Positions 18,032 through 28,492 of a DNA stretch of 64,000 nucleotides are shown in pieces (the first letter of the stretch is position 1; every line of letters begins with the position of its first letter). The translations under genes and the position numbers were made by a program. The stretch is from Glaciecola sp. (GTDB taxonomy: Bacteria > Pseudomonadota > Gammaproteobacteria > Enterobacterales > Alteromonadaceae), in assembly GCA_029246415.1 (NCBI GenBank), contig JAQWNF010000039.1, forward strand, positions 13,006-77,005, given 5' to 3'. The notes beneath the pieces are model-generated. The model did not search any database and was not told where the DNA came from. It was given only the letters and a program-made list of their open reading frames with translations.

Positions 18032-18793
18032 TTATGCGTAATTTTTAATGCGCAAAGGTAAGGTGAGTTGATAGCCAAAATTTCGAACCGACTTAATTGG
18101 GGATATATTTTTACTCAATGGCGCTAGCTTCTTGCGCAGGCGCGAAATAAACACTTCTAGATTTTTACGTCCTCGGGGATTATCCAAGGCTCCAATTACA
18201 TCCAATAACTTCCATGTTTCCAGTTGTTGTTCAGTATTCAATATAAACAATTTGATGATTGATGTTTCTTGCGCATTTAACTCAACATAAGTATCAGTGC
18301 CAGTAAGGTGTAACTCATTGGTCACAATATCGAACATAACGTTGTTATTAATTAAAGGAACAGGCTGATGATTTATTTTCGCATTGGTGTACATATAACG
18401 CGTGACCAAGCCAAACTCGTCTTTAGAGATGTGATTAGACAAAATCAAATCCGCCCCAAGCTGCAAATAATCGATACGTTCTTGGAGCGTGATTGAGCTC
18501 CCCAAAAATATCACTTTTACATGTGGAAATGATAATTTGAATATATTGATGATATCCATGCACTCATCATGGTACATACCTACATCTATGTAGATAACAT
18601 CCCAAACGAGTATTAATTTGTTGTCGCGCAGGTATTCAGCCGAATCTGCGTACACAAGAGAGTTGCCATAATGCTTGCTGTATGAATCAAACTGCTCATA
18701 GACGGCATGATCATGATGAACTAGTAATACACTAATATTGTGTAAATCTAATAATTGAACATCTTCAACTATTAAGTTTGTGTTGTACTGCAA
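18032..18793 (-). CDS. Orphan OmpR/PhoB-type winged-helix regulator with degenerate (pseudo-)receiver domain
   Basis: 253 aa. C-terminal trans_reg_C-like LEVFISRLRKKL...VRNFGYQL. N-terminal receiver-like fold in which the acidic pair is replaced (VLLVHHDH) and the conserved Lys is absent (GADLILSNH). Confidence 0.65.
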   Translation of the reverse strand: MQYNTNLIVEDVQLLDLHNISVLLVHHDHAVYEQFDSYSKHYGNSLVYADSAEYLRDNKLILVWDVIYIDVGMYHDECMDIINIFKLSFPHVKVIFLGSSITLQERIDYLQLGADLILSNHISKDEFGLVTRYMYTNAKINHQPVPLINNNVMFDIVTNELHLTGTDTYVELNAQETSIIKLFILNTEQQLETWKLLDVIGALDNPRGRKNLEVFISRLRKKLAPLSKNISPIKSVRNFGYQLTLPLRIKNYA

Positions 18794-18932
18794 ATTGTTA
18801 CTCCCGATAGCTGCTTTGTTCTAAAGATTAGATACTAAGAAATTGTCTTATAAATAATAAATATTGCCGTAAGAAATATCGTACAAAAATATTGTTAACG
18901 GAACATTGTAAAACATACTGTGCGGTTATTTT

Positions 18933-19397
18933 TTATACATTATCGAAAAGGTTTTCAACATATTGCCTTAGAGTTTCGATTTGTGTTACATCAGCAGGGG
19001 CGATAAAAATTGTGTCATCACCGGCAATGGTGCCTAAAACACCGTCTTTTTTACTTAATGAGTCTAATAATCTGGCGATAAGTTGAGCTGCGCCAGGGCT
19101 GGTTCGGATAACGACCATGACATTATTGTGGACGACATCTAGAACCAATTGCTTTAATGGGCTTTTGGCTGTGGGGATCCCTAGTTCTGCAGGTAAAGAG
19201 TAGACCATCTCACCTAAACCATTGCGCATACGCACTGCGCCAAATTTAGTTAACATGCGTGAGACCTTAGATTGACTAATGTTGTCAAAGCCTTGGGATT
19301 TTAAAATATTAACGATGTCGCCTTGAGAAGCGCAGCTCTCAGCCGTTAATATTGCGCGGAACGCCTTGATTAAATCGCCTTGTTTTTGGCTCGACAT
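18933..19397 (-). CDS. argR: Arginine repressor
   Basis: 154 aa. N-terminal wHTH ([16 protein letters not shown]) and C-terminal oligomerisation/arginine-binding region ([11 protein letters not shown]). Confidence 0.9.
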   Translation of the reverse strand: MSSQKQGDLIKAFRAILTAESCASQGDIVNILKSQGFDNISQSKVSRMLTKFGAVRMRNGLGEMVYSLPAELGIPTAKSPLKQLVLDVVHNNVMVVIRTSPGAAQLIARLLDSLSKKDGVLGTIAGDDTIFIAPADVTQIETLRQYVENLFDNV

Positions 19398-19600
19398 GCA
19401 GGTTACCTGTAAGGTTGATCTTTTATTATTAGGTTATTTTGCCGTAGACCTTGAAATTTAGCAAACAATACACACATTACACCTACAACTAATGTTTCAT
19501 TGTGATTGTTTAGTTTATTTCATAAGGTGTTCATCACGTAATGCATCAAACACACCAAACACAATTTACACAATTTGCTCAATCCATTTAGGAGAATAAC

Positions 19601-20539
19601 ATGAAAGTAGCTGTTTTAGGCGCTGCTGGCGGTATCGGCCAAGCATTATCTTTATTATTAAAAACCCAATTACCAGCTGGTAGCGAGTTAGCATTGTATG
19701 ATGTTGCTCCAGTCGTTCCAGGTGTTGCAGTTGACTTAAGCCACATCCCAACTGCTGTTGCGGTAACGGGTCACGGTAAAGATGACTTAGCGGGTGCATT
19801 AACTGGCTGTGATATCGTGTTGATCCCTGCTGGTGTTCCGCGTAAGCCAGGTATGGATCGTTCTGATTTATTTAATATCAATGCCGGTATTGTTAAAAAC
19901 CTTATCGAAGGCGTAGCTGATACCTGTCCTAACGCTTGTGTTGGTATCATTACTAACCCAGTTAATACCACGGTTGCGATTGCCGCTGAGACATTAAAAG
20001 CGAAAGGCGTATACGACAAAAACAAATTGTTCGGTGTAACGACATTAGATGTTATCCGTGCGGAAGCATTTGTAGCTGAGTTAAAAGGTCTTGATGTTGC
20101 TAAAACTCACGTGCCTGTAATTGGTGGTCACTCAGGTACAACAATCTTACCATTGTTGTCACAAGTTGAAGGCGTAAGCTTCACTGATGAAGAAGTTGCT
20201 AGTCTAACTACTCGCATTCAAAATGCTGGTACTGAAGTGGTTGAAGCGAAAGCTGGCGGCGGCTCTGCAACATTATCTATGGGTCAAGCAGCGGCGCGTT
20301 TCTGCTTATCTTTAGTTGATGCAATGCAAGGCGGTGACGTAGTTGAGTACACTTATGTTCAGGTTGACGGTTCTGCTGATGCAGCATTCTTTGCCCACCC
20401 TGTACGTTTAGGTAAAAACGGCGTAGAAGAGATTTTATCTTACGGTGAGTTAAGCGCGTTCGAAGAACAAGCTAAAGCTGACATGTTAGAAGGTCTACGC
20501 GGTGATATTCAATTAGGTGTTGAATTCGTTAACGCATAA
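19601..20539 (+). CDS. mdh: Malate dehydrogenase
   Basis: 312 aa. [51 protein letters not shown]. Divergent from argR, as in enterics. Confidence 0.95.
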   Translation: MKVAVLGAAGGIGQALSLLLKTQLPAGSELALYDVAPVVPGVAVDLSHIPTAVAVTGHGKDDLAGALTGCDIVLIPAGVPRKPGMDRSDLFNINAGIVKNLIEGVADTCPNACVGIITNPVNTTVAIAAETLKAKGVYDKNKLFGVTTLDVIRAEAFVAELKGLDVAKTHVPVIGGHSGTTILPLLSQVEGVSFTDEEVASLTTRIQNAGTEVVEAKAGGGSATLSMGQAAARFCLSLVDAMQGGDVVEYTYVQVDGSADAAFFAHPVRLGKNGVEEILSYGELSAFEEQAKADMLEGLRGDIQLGVEFVNA

Positions 20540-20598
20540 GCATGTTATGCATATAGCTAACTCTTATAGATAGACTAGCTTACATATTTAATATGAAT

Positions 20599-20636
20599 AA
20601 AAAACCCGTTAAGTATTATGCTTAACGGGTTTTTTG
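20599..20636. terminator. Bidirectional terminator between mdh and ppc
   Basis: 10-bp stem acccgttaag (20604-13) / cttaacgggt (20621-30), flanked by A5 and T6 runs. Confidence 0.8.
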
Positions 20637-20689
20637 ATGCTTGAATATTATTTGTTAAAACGAATAATACATACCAGAACGAGTCGCAC

Positions 20690-23332
20690 CTAACCAGTAT
20701 TACGCATACCAATCGCAATACCTGTAATGGTCACCATCATGGCTTTTTCAATCGCACTGATTTCGTGCTCATCATCTACTTGTCGAGTACGTTTGAGTAA
20801 TTCTATTTGTAAATAATGTAACGGTTGCAAATAGTCAGCACGGATATGCATTGAGTTTAGCCCTTGCGGATCATCTTGCATTAGGTTGTTCTTATGCGTG
20901 ATATGCAACAAATCAGTACGACTTTGTTGTAATTCGTTACGCAAAGACTCACCAAAATGTTTCAACTCTGCATCCACTAAACTATCATCATAGGCTTTGG
21001 CAATACTGATATCGGCTTTTGCAAATACCATGTCGAGCATTGATAAACGCGATTGAAAGAAAGGCCATTGTTCGACCATCTCATCAATAGTTTCGTGCTG
21101 AGTTTCGTAACTATGCATAATTGCACGCATGACACCTAACCAAGCAGGCAGTACTAAACGAGTTTGCGCCCAGGCAAAAATCCAAGGGATAGCACGCAAA
21201 CTCTCTACGCCACCTTGTGGATTACGTTTAGCTGGGCGCGAGCCTAGCGGTAACTTACCTAGCTCTTGTTCTGGTGTCGCTTGTCTGAAATAAGGGACAA
21301 AATCAGGATCGACACGCACAACATGACGATAGTTATCACGCCCTTGTGCAGCCATCTCATCGAGTAATTCACGCCAATGAGCTTTAGGAGCCGGTGGTGG
21401 GAATAACTTCGCTTCGATAATGGCACTCGCATAAATCCCTAGACTGCGTTTAGCCAATGCGGGCATACCAAATTTGTAGCGAATTGTCTCACCTTGTTCA
21501 GTAACTCGAAAGCCCCCGTCCAGTGAGCCAGGAGGTTGCGATAATATGGCTGAGTGAGCAGGGAGTCCACCTCGCCCAATCGTACCACCGCGGCCATGAA
21601 ATAATGTCAACGACGTATCATATTTGGCACATATCGCCACTAATGACTCTTGTGCGGTGTATTGTGCCCAGCCGGCAGCTAACGCCCCTGCGTCTTTAGC
21701 CGAGTCGGAATAACCAATCATAATATGTTGACCGTCCGCTAGACCATTTCGGTAACTATCAATAGCCAGGATTTGGTCAATAACCACTGGTGAGTGATTT
21801 AAATCATCGAGTGTTTCAAATAATGGCGCGACAGACATCGGCCAAGTCACTTGGCATTGTTGTAACAGCAGTTGGACGGCAAGTACGTCTGAAGCAAAGC
21901 TCGCCATAGAAATAATATAAATGCCAAAGGCATCACGATCATTCGCAGCAACAGTGCGGCAGGTGTCTAACACTTCTTGAACATCTGCACTCGGTTGCCA
22001 ATCAGCCTGCCATGCGTTTGGCAGCAATGGGCGTTTGGATGCAATCTCTTTGGTCAAAAATGAGATTTTCTTATCTTCATCCCAGCTGTGGTAATCACCT
22101 AAAGACAAATAATCACAGATCTCAGCAATCGCATCAGCATGACGACCAGAATCTTGTCGGATATCTAACTTTAATAAGTACACACCAAAACAGTGCGCGC
22201 GACGAATGGTATCTAATAAGCCACCTTTCGCAGTTTGCTCTAAGCCACAAGCCACCAAGGAGCGGTAGCATTGCATTAATGGTTTGAGTAGCTCTTTTTG
22301 TGAATGGATCCAGTTACTGTCATCGGCAATGCGCCCTGCTAAGAGATCATCTATGCCATCTTTGGTGGCACGTAAACGCTTAACCAGTGGTTTTAAGATT
22401 GCACGGTAAGGTTCAGATGCATTTCCAACTTGGTTACGGATAGTTGCATCACACTTACTCATCGATAGTTCGACTTGCAGTGCGCTGATGTCTTTGGCAA
22501 AAAGCTTAGCAGCACGGCGGCGTGCCAAATTTAAAACGGTTTGCGTGACTTTGGATGTCACAAATGGATTACCGTCACGGTCGCCACCCATCCAAGAGCT
22601 GATTTGGATCGGTTGTGCATCAATTGGTAACTTGATGTCATACTCTTGTTGTAATTTAAGATCTAAATCACGCATAAAGTCGGGGATAGCATCCCACAGT
22701 GAATTTTCAATAACTGAAAATCCCCAGGTTGCTTCATCAATTGGTGTGGGGCGACGGTCACGGATTTCTTCGGTGTGCCATGCTTGTTCTACTAGATCGG
22801 CAATACGTTCGCTTAATTGTAATTTTTGTGCAGGGTGGAGCGTATCATTATGTTGTTGACGTAAACACTCAGCTAATGCGGTGTGCTTGTGGATCATGGT
22901 TCGTCGTGTAACCTCAGTCGGATGAGCGGTCAAGACTAAATCAATGTGCAAGGCGTTGACTGCTTCATAAATAGCTTCAGGTGATTGTTGTGCTTTGCGC
23001 AAATGGCTAAATAACACATCAACTGAGTCATCCAACTGTTTACTACTATTAAATTCTTGTTCAGCAATATTGGCAAGGTTCAAAAACTGAGCAAATGCCC
23101 TAGCAATAACCAATAGACTTTCATTGTTCATATCCTTGAACACATTTTGTAATGCAATATTGGCGGCGGCATCACCAAGATGGCCTGCGCGGCCTTGCAA
23201 GCGGATCGACTCAATTTTGTCTAACCATTCTTGACCCAATTCATGCTTAATGGTTTGGCCAAGTAATTCTCCTAAATCGCGCACTGTGTGCTTTAACTGA
23301 GCATCGATTTGCTTATCGTGTTGCATGAGCAA
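20690..23332 (-). CDS. ppc: Phosphoenolpyruvate carboxylase
   Basis: 880 aa. VLTAHPTE, IMIGYSDSAKDAG, FHGRGGTIGRGG, C-terminal GMRNTG. Confidence 0.95.
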   Translation of the reverse strand: MLMQHDKQIDAQLKHTVRDLGELLGQTIKHELGQEWLDKIESIRLQGRAGHLGDAAANIALQNVFKDMNNESLLVIARAFAQFLNLANIAEQEFNSSKQLDDSVDVLFSHLRKAQQSPEAIYEAVNALHIDLVLTAHPTEVTRRTMIHKHTALAECLRQQHNDTLHPAQKLQLSERIADLVEQAWHTEEIRDRRPTPIDEATWGFSVIENSLWDAIPDFMRDLDLKLQQEYDIKLPIDAQPIQISSWMGGDRDGNPFVTSKVTQTVLNLARRRAAKLFAKDISALQVELSMSKCDATIRNQVGNASEPYRAILKPLVKRLRATKDGIDDLLAGRIADDSNWIHSQKELLKPLMQCYRSLVACGLEQTAKGGLLDTIRRAHCFGVYLLKLDIRQDSGRHADAIAEICDYLSLGDYHSWDEDKKISFLTKEIASKRPLLPNAWQADWQPSADVQEVLDTCRTVAANDRDAFGIYIISMASFASDVLAVQLLLQQCQVTWPMSVAPLFETLDDLNHSPVVIDQILAIDSYRNGLADGQHIMIGYSDSAKDAGALAAGWAQYTAQESLVAICAKYDTSLTLFHGRGGTIGRGGLPAHSAILSQPPGSLDGGFRVTEQGETIRYKFGMPALAKRSLGIYASAIIEAKLFPPPAPKAHWRELLDEMAAQGRDNYRHVVRVDPDFVPYFRQATPEQELGKLPLGSRPAKRNPQGGVESLRAIPWIFAWAQTRLVLPAWLGVMRAIMHSYETQHETIDEMVEQWPFFQSRLSMLDMVFAKADISIAKAYDDSLVDAELKHFGESLRNELQQSRTDLLHITHKNNLMQDDPQGLNSMHIRADYLQPLHYLQIELLKRTRQVDDEHEISAIEKAMMVTITGIAIGMRNTG

Positions 23333-23502
23333 TATTTCCTATATTTAATCGAACTATAACCATACGAAATTTTGCTTATCGTGTCTAAACCAATCTGACA
23401 TATTTTATAATTATATTAATTGTACCTATGCTACAATTCTTTCTTTGAATGTTCTGCAAGCAATTCTCGTAGGACAAATTTAATCAACCTGCAGGAGTAA
23501 AC

Positions 23503-24120
23503 ATGGCAGATCTAACGACTATTGAAGGTCAAGCAAGTTACGGTATTGGTTTCCAAATGGGCCAACAATTAGCGTCTAATCCGTTTGACGGATTAAGCAT
23601 CGAAGCAGTAATCAATGGATTACAAGATTCTTTCGGTGGTCAAGAAAGTGCCGTTGATAACGAGACTTTAGGTGCAGCATTCGGTGAAATCCATAAGCGT
23701 ATGGAAGCTGAAAAAGCAAAAGAATTTGAAAGTGTGATTGCTGAAGCGCAAGCATACTTAGCGAAAAACGCAGAGCGTGCTGAAGTATCAGTAACGGATT
23801 CTGGTTTACAATATGAAGTAATCAACTCTGGTGACGGCGAAAAGCCAACAGCAGCATCGACGGTTCGCGTTGATTATCACGGTACACTAATTAATGGTGA
23901 CGTGTTTGATTCATCTTATGACCGTGGTCAGCCAGCTGAATTTCCAGTTGGTGGCGTAATCAAAGGTTGGACTGAAGCGTTACAACTGATGTCAGTGGGT
24001 GATAAGTGGCGTTTAACTATCCCTCATGATCTTGCTTATGGTGAGCTAGGTGCCGGTGGTGCAATCGCGCCATACAGCACATTGGTATTCGATGTAGAAT
24101 TGCACGCAATTTTAGGTTAA
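23503..24120 (+). CDS. fklB: FKBP-type peptidyl-prolyl cis-trans isomerase
   Basis: 205 aa, collinear with E. coli FklB (ASYGIG, VDYHGTLINGDVFDSSYDRGQPAEFPVGGVIKGW, STLVFDVEL). Confidence 0.9.
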   Translation: MADLTTIEGQASYGIGFQMGQQLASNPFDGLSIEAVINGLQDSFGGQESAVDNETLGAAFGEIHKRMEAEKAKEFESVIAEAQAYLAKNAERAEVSVTDSGLQYEVINSGDGEKPTAASTVRVDYHGTLINGDVFDSSYDRGQPAEFPVGGVIKGWTEALQLMSVGDKWRLTIPHDLAYGELGAGGAIAPYSTLVFDVELHAILG

Positions 24121-24138
24121 GCCTTATTTACACTGATT

Positions 24139-24176
24139 CAAGCGCTTGTTGAGTTATACTCCAAGCGCTTTTTTTA
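24139..24176 (+). terminator. Probable terminator after fklB
   Basis: Two copies of the self-complementary aagcgctt (24140-47 and 24163-70) can pair. A T-run follows at 24169-24175. Confidence 0.5.
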
Positions 24177-24187
24177 TGCCTGTAAAG

Positions 24188-24204
24188 TACTCGTTTGACC
24201 AGTT
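24188..24204 (-). promoter_or_regulatory. FadR-like operator candidate upstream of fabV
   Basis: The reverse complement reads AACTGGTCAAACGAGTA, against the FadR consensus ANCTGGTCNGACNNGTT (11 of 13 specified positions). It overlaps a -35-like TTGACC. Confidence 0.3.
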
Positions 24205-24260
24205 AAGACCTCTTGCAGGTTTACAATACGCGGAAATATTTATAATTAAGGAAGCGGTAG

Positions 24261-25451
24261 ATGGTTATTTCCCCAAAAGTACGAGGTTTTATCTGTACTA
24301 ATGCTCACCCAGTGGGTTGTGCGAAAAGTGTTGAAAATCAAATTGCCTATATTAAAGGTTTGGATTTAGCACAAGATGCAGAGACAGCACCTAAAAATGT
24401 ACTTATTCTAGGCTGTTCTACTGGCTATGGTTTAGCCTCGCGTATTACTGCTAGCTTTGGTTACGGTGCGAACACGGTTGGCGTATGTTTTGAAAAAGAA
24501 CCATCTGAACGTAAAACTGGCACTGCTGGATTTTACAACACGGCTGCATTTCACGCTCAAGCTAAAGCGGCAGGTATTCAAGCGCATACATTAAATGGTG
24601 ATGCGTTTGGTAATGAGATGAAAGCACAAGTTATCGCCAAGTTAAAAGAAACTATCGGTAAAGTTGACCTAGTGGTGTATTCATTAGCATCACCACGTCG
24701 TACCGATCCTGAAACGGGTGAAGTATATAAGTCAACGCTTAAGCCAGTTGGCCAAGCTTATGAAACTAAAACTTATGATACCGATAAAGATTTGATCCAT
24801 AGCATCGCCCTAGAGCCTGCTAATCAAGATGAAATCGACCAAACAATCAAAGTGATGGGCGGTGAAGATTGGGAGTTATGGATCAAAGCATTAGCTGAAG
24901 CTGACTTACTTGCGCCAAATGCTAAAACTACTGCATATACCTATATTGGTAAAAAACTAACATGGCCAATCTACGGCTCAGCGACCATTGGTAAAGCAAA
25001 AGAAGATTTAGATCGTGCTGCAACGGCGATTAATTCAACGTATGCTAACTTAAGCATCGATGCACATGTTTCTTCATTAAAAGCATTGGTCACTCAAGCG
25101 AGTTCTGCAATTCCAGTGATGCCATTATATATTTCATTGATTTATAAAGTGATGAAAGAAGAAGGGACGCATGAAGGCTGTATTGAACAAATTGCTGGTT
25201 TGTTCAGCGAATGCTTGTTAAATGCCAATGCGGCCTTAGATGAAACCAATCGCTATCGTATGGATGGCAAAGAAACCAACGATGCAACGCAAGCTAAAAT
25301 TGAAGCATTATGGGCCCAAGTCACCCAAGATAATTTCCATGAATTAAGTGATTATGCTGGTTATAACGCGGATTTCTTACAATTATTTGGTTTTGGCATA
25401 GACGGCGTTGATTATGCTGCAGATGTTAGCCCGTTAGTGGAATGGGTATAA
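24261..25451 (+). CDS. fabV: Enoyl-[acyl-carrier-protein] reductase FabV (trans-2-enoyl-CoA reductase family)
   Basis: 396 aa. N-terminal KVRGFICTNAHPVGC, GCSTGYGLASRI, YSLASPRR: typical FabV/TER signature. Confidence 0.9.
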   Translation: MVISPKVRGFICTNAHPVGCAKSVENQIAYIKGLDLAQDAETAPKNVLILGCSTGYGLASRITASFGYGANTVGVCFEKEPSERKTGTAGFYNTAAFHAQAKAAGIQAHTLNGDAFGNEMKAQVIAKLKETIGKVDLVVYSLASPRRTDPETGEVYKSTLKPVGQAYETKTYDTDKDLIHSIALEPANQDEIDQTIKVMGGEDWELWIKALAEADLLAPNAKTTAYTYIGKKLTWPIYGSATIGKAKEDLDRAATAINSTYANLSIDAHVSSLKALVTQASSAIPVMPLYISLIYKVMKEEGTHEGCIEQIAGLFSECLLNANAALDETNRYRMDGKETNDATQAKIEALWAQVTQDNFHELSDYAGYNADFLQLFGFGIDGVDYAADVSPLVEWV

Positions 25452-25512
25452 TATCTAGAAGTTTTTTGGCTATGCAATACTAAAGTGTAATTAACTGATA
25501 AAAATATCAATA

Positions 25513-25540
25513 AACCGCCTAAATGGCGGTTTATTTCTTT
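25513..25540 (+). terminator. Rho-independent terminator after fabV
   Basis: Stem aaccgcc (25513-19) / ggcggtt (25525-31), followed by a T-rich tail. Confidence 0.7.
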
Positions 25541-25927
25541 ATACATCAAGCTGATACGTGATTTTATTAGAGTACTTGGCAGTATAATTGAACAACTGAT
25601 TAATTTAATTATCCCAAACTCCCAAACATTATGCCGATAGGCAATAGATTAACGAAGCATTTTCCTTTATAATCCGCACGCTTAAATGACATTTATCTTA
25701 GACGAAATTAGTCTAGGTATGGGTAAGATGGGTGCCATTGATAGTTCTGCTACATATGCAATGCAAATTACCAGTCAATTAAGTGATAGTTCGCTTCTAG
25801 TATTTCTACAACAGAAATACCAACAATTTATAACAGTGAGACTGATTAGCCAAATCTCTCAACGCCTTACCGATGAGCGGGTGGGGATTTTGCTAATCAG
25901 TTACTAAACAGAGTAGTGCAATTGCTT

Positions 25928-27271
25928 ATGTTAAATAAAATAAAGAAAGGGTTAGACCTCCCAATCTCAGGTGCGCCGGAACAGCAAATCCATACTGGAA
26001 ATGCCGTTACCCAAGTAGCTGTTTTAGGTGAGGAATATAATGGAATGCGTCCTACGATGCATGTCCAAGTCGGCGATGCAGTAAAGCAAGGTCAGGTACT
26101 TTTTGAAGATAAAAAGAACCCTGGCGTTAAATTTACGGCACCAATTTCAGGTCAAGTCTCTGCGATTAATCGTGGCGCGAAGCGTGTTCTGCAATCAGTA
26201 GTTATTGATGCAGTCGGCGATGCAAAAGTCACGTTTGACAAGTTTGCTGCGGACAAGTTAACGGGTATTGCTCGTGAACAAGTCCAAACGCAATTAGTAG
26301 ATTCAGGTTTATGGACAGCATTACGTACTCGTCCATTTAGCAAAGTACCTGCGCTTGGCTCAACACCAAATTCAATTTTCGTCAATGCAATGGATACCAA
26401 TCCATTAGCAGCCGATCCGACTGTAATTATTGCGACCCGCAATGATGATTTCGTGAATGGTTTGAACGTATTGTCAAACTTAACTGATGGCAAAATTTTC
26501 GTCAGTAAAGCACCTGGTGCATCGGTTAATACCGGTAACGCTAAAGTCGATACGAACGAATTTGCTGGTCCTCACCCTGCAGGGTTAGTAGGTACGCACA
26601 TTCATACACTTGACCCAGTGGGTCCAGGCAAAAAAGTTTGGCACATCAACTATCAAGATGTCATTGCGATTGGCACATTATTCACAACAGGTGAATTAGA
26701 TAGCACGCGCGTTGTAGCATTATCTGGTCCAGTAGCGAAAAAGCCACGCTTAGTTTCTACAGTATTGGGTGCTTCATTAGCTCAACTGCTTGAAAATGAA
26801 ACGAGTGAAGAATCTGTTCGCGCGATTTCTGGTTCAGTACTAAATGGTACTCGTGCGCAAGGTCCTCATGCGTATCTTGGTCGTTATCATTTACAAGTAT
26901 CGTTGATCAAAGAAGACAAAGAAAAGAAATTATTCGGTTGGATTATGCCTGGTAGCAACCAGCATTCAATTACACGTGCATATTTAGGTCACCTAAATAC
27001 TAAGCGTTTATTTGATATGACCTCAACCACTAATGGTTCTGACCGTTCTATGGTTCCAATTGGTAACTATGAGCGCATCATGCCGTTGGATGTGTTACCA
27101 ACTTTATTATTACGTGACATCATCTCTGGTGATACTGATAGTGCACAAACATTGGGCGCATTAGAGTTAGATGAAGAAGATTTGGCATTATGTTCTTATG
27201 TTTGCCCAGGCAAATATAACTACGGTCCAATCTTACGTGACTGTTTAACTAAAATTGAACAAGAGGGTTAA
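25928..27271 (+). CDS. nqrA: Na+-translocating NADH:quinone oxidoreductase subunit A
   Basis: The translation from ATG 25928 ([17 protein letters not shown]) matches the conserved NqrA N-terminus. The ORF track starts 4 codons earlier at GTG 25916. First gene of nqrABCDEF. Confidence 0.93.
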   Translation: MLNKIKKGLDLPISGAPEQQIHTGNAVTQVAVLGEEYNGMRPTMHVQVGDAVKQGQVLFEDKKNPGVKFTAPISGQVSAINRGAKRVLQSVVIDAVGDAKVTFDKFAADKLTGIAREQVQTQLVDSGLWTALRTRPFSKVPALGSTPNSIFVNAMDTNPLAADPTVIIATRNDDFVNGLNVLSNLTDGKIFVSKAPGASVNTGNAKVDTNEFAGPHPAGLVGTHIHTLDPVGPGKKVWHINYQDVIAIGTLFTTGELDSTRVVALSGPVAKKPRLVSTVLGASLAQLLENETSEESVRAISGSVLNGTRAQGPHAYLGRYHLQVSLIKEDKEKKLFGWIMPGSNQHSITRAYLGHLNTKRLFDMTSTTNGSDRSMVPIGNYERIMPLDVLPTLLLRDIISGDTDSAQTLGALELDEEDLALCSYVCPGKYNYGPILRDCLTKIEQEG

Positions 27272-27274
27272 GCC

Positions 27275-28492
27275 ATGGGTTTAAAAGCATTTTTAGAAAA
27301 AATCGAACCGGATTTTGAACCGGGCGGTAAACATGAGAAATTTTACGCGTTGTATGAAGCAGCGGCGACTATTTTTTATACCCCTGGTAAGGTTAACTCC
27401 TCATCAACTCACGTAAAAGATAGCATTGATTTAAAACGTATCATGATCATGGTATGGATGGCGACATTCCCAGCGATGTTTTATGGTATGTATAATGTTG
27501 GTGCACAAGCACATGAAGTTATCTTAGCCGGAGCAGGTACATTACCTGACATGTGGCAAGCAGCCTTATTTACTGCCCTTGGCGGTGAACTAGGTACAGC
27601 TGATATCGGCACTTTATCGATGTTTTTCTACGGAGCATGTTTCTTTTTACCTATCTATGCTGTGACATTTGCTGTAGGTGGTTTCTGGGAAGTCTTGTTC
27701 GCATCTGTACGTAAGCATGAAGTTAACGAAGGTTTCTTTGTTACCTCGGTATTATTTGCATTGACGTTGCCTGCCACTGTGCCTTTATGGCAAGTTGCTT
27801 TAGGTATCACGTTTGGTGTAGTTATCGCTAAAGAAGTCTTTGGTGGTACTGGCCGTAACTTCTTAAACCCTGCATTGTCTGGTCGTGCATTCTTGTATTT
27901 TGCTTATCCTGCAAGCATGTCTGGTGACAGCCCTTGGGTTGCAGTAGCACCTGCAGATGGTTTCTCTGGCGCAACGTGGTTGTCAAAAGCTGCAAACGGC
28001 GACATGGATTATAGCAACATGGCTTTATGGATGGATTCGTTCTTCGGTAACATCCCAGGCTCAGTTGGTGAAGTATCAACCTTAGCAATTATGCTTGGTG
28101 GTCTATTTATTATTTACTTGAGAATAGCGAGCTGGCGTATTGTGTTAGGCGGCATCATCGGTGTGGTCTTCTTATCTAGCTTACTTAATTTTGTCGGTAG
28201 CGATAGTAACGCGATGATGGCAATGCCATGGTACTGGCACATGGTTATCGGTGGTATGGCATTCGGTTTGTTCTTTATGGCAACTGATCCGGTATCAGCA
28301 TCATTTACTAACTCAGGCAAATGGGCATACGGTTTCTTCATTGGCTTTATGACGGTAGTAGTACGCGTACTCAATCCAGCATTCCCTGAAGGTATCATGC
28401 TAGCTATCTTATTTGCTAACTTATGGGCGCCGTTATTCGATTATTTCGTCGCGCAAAGCAACATTAAGCGGAGGGTCGCTCGTGTCGGCTAA
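27275..28492 (+). CDS. nqrB: Na+-NQR subunit B
   Basis: 405 aa polytopic protein. FMN-attachment-type motif GFSGATWLS. Starts 4 nt after the nqrA stop. Confidence 0.95.
   Translation: MGLKAFLEKIEPDFEPGGKHEKFYALYEAAATIFYTPGKVNSSSTHVKDSIDLKRIMIMVWMATFPAMFYGMYNVGAQAHEVILAGAGTLPDMWQAALFTALGGELGTADIGTLSMFFYGACFFLPIYAVTFAVGGFWEVLFASVRKHEVNEGFFVTSVLFALTLPATVPLWQVALGITFGVVIAKEVFGGTGRNFLNPALSGRAFLYFAYPASMSGDSPWVAVAPADGFSGATWLSKAANGDMDYSNMALWMDSFFGNIPGSVGEVSTLAIMLGGLFIIYLRIASWRIVLGGIIGVVFLSSLLNFVGSDSNAMMAMPWYWHMVIGGMAFGLFFMATDPVSASFTNSGKWAYGFFIGFMTVVVRVLNPAFPEGIMLAILFANLWAPLFDYFVAQSNIKRRVARVG

Noticed and set aside
19398-19600. ARG boxes in the argR-mdh divergent region.
   Set aside because: Only weak partial matches (for example TTATTTCATAA) to the TGAAT-N4-ATTCA core, and no convincing tandem 18-bp boxes. 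Not reported as a feature.
25686-25907. 73-codon ORF in the fabV-nqrA spacer.
   Set aside because: It has no Shine-Dalgarno sequence, its composition is unlike that of neighbouring genes and no family is recognisable. It is better explained as part of the nqrA 5' leader (see findings).
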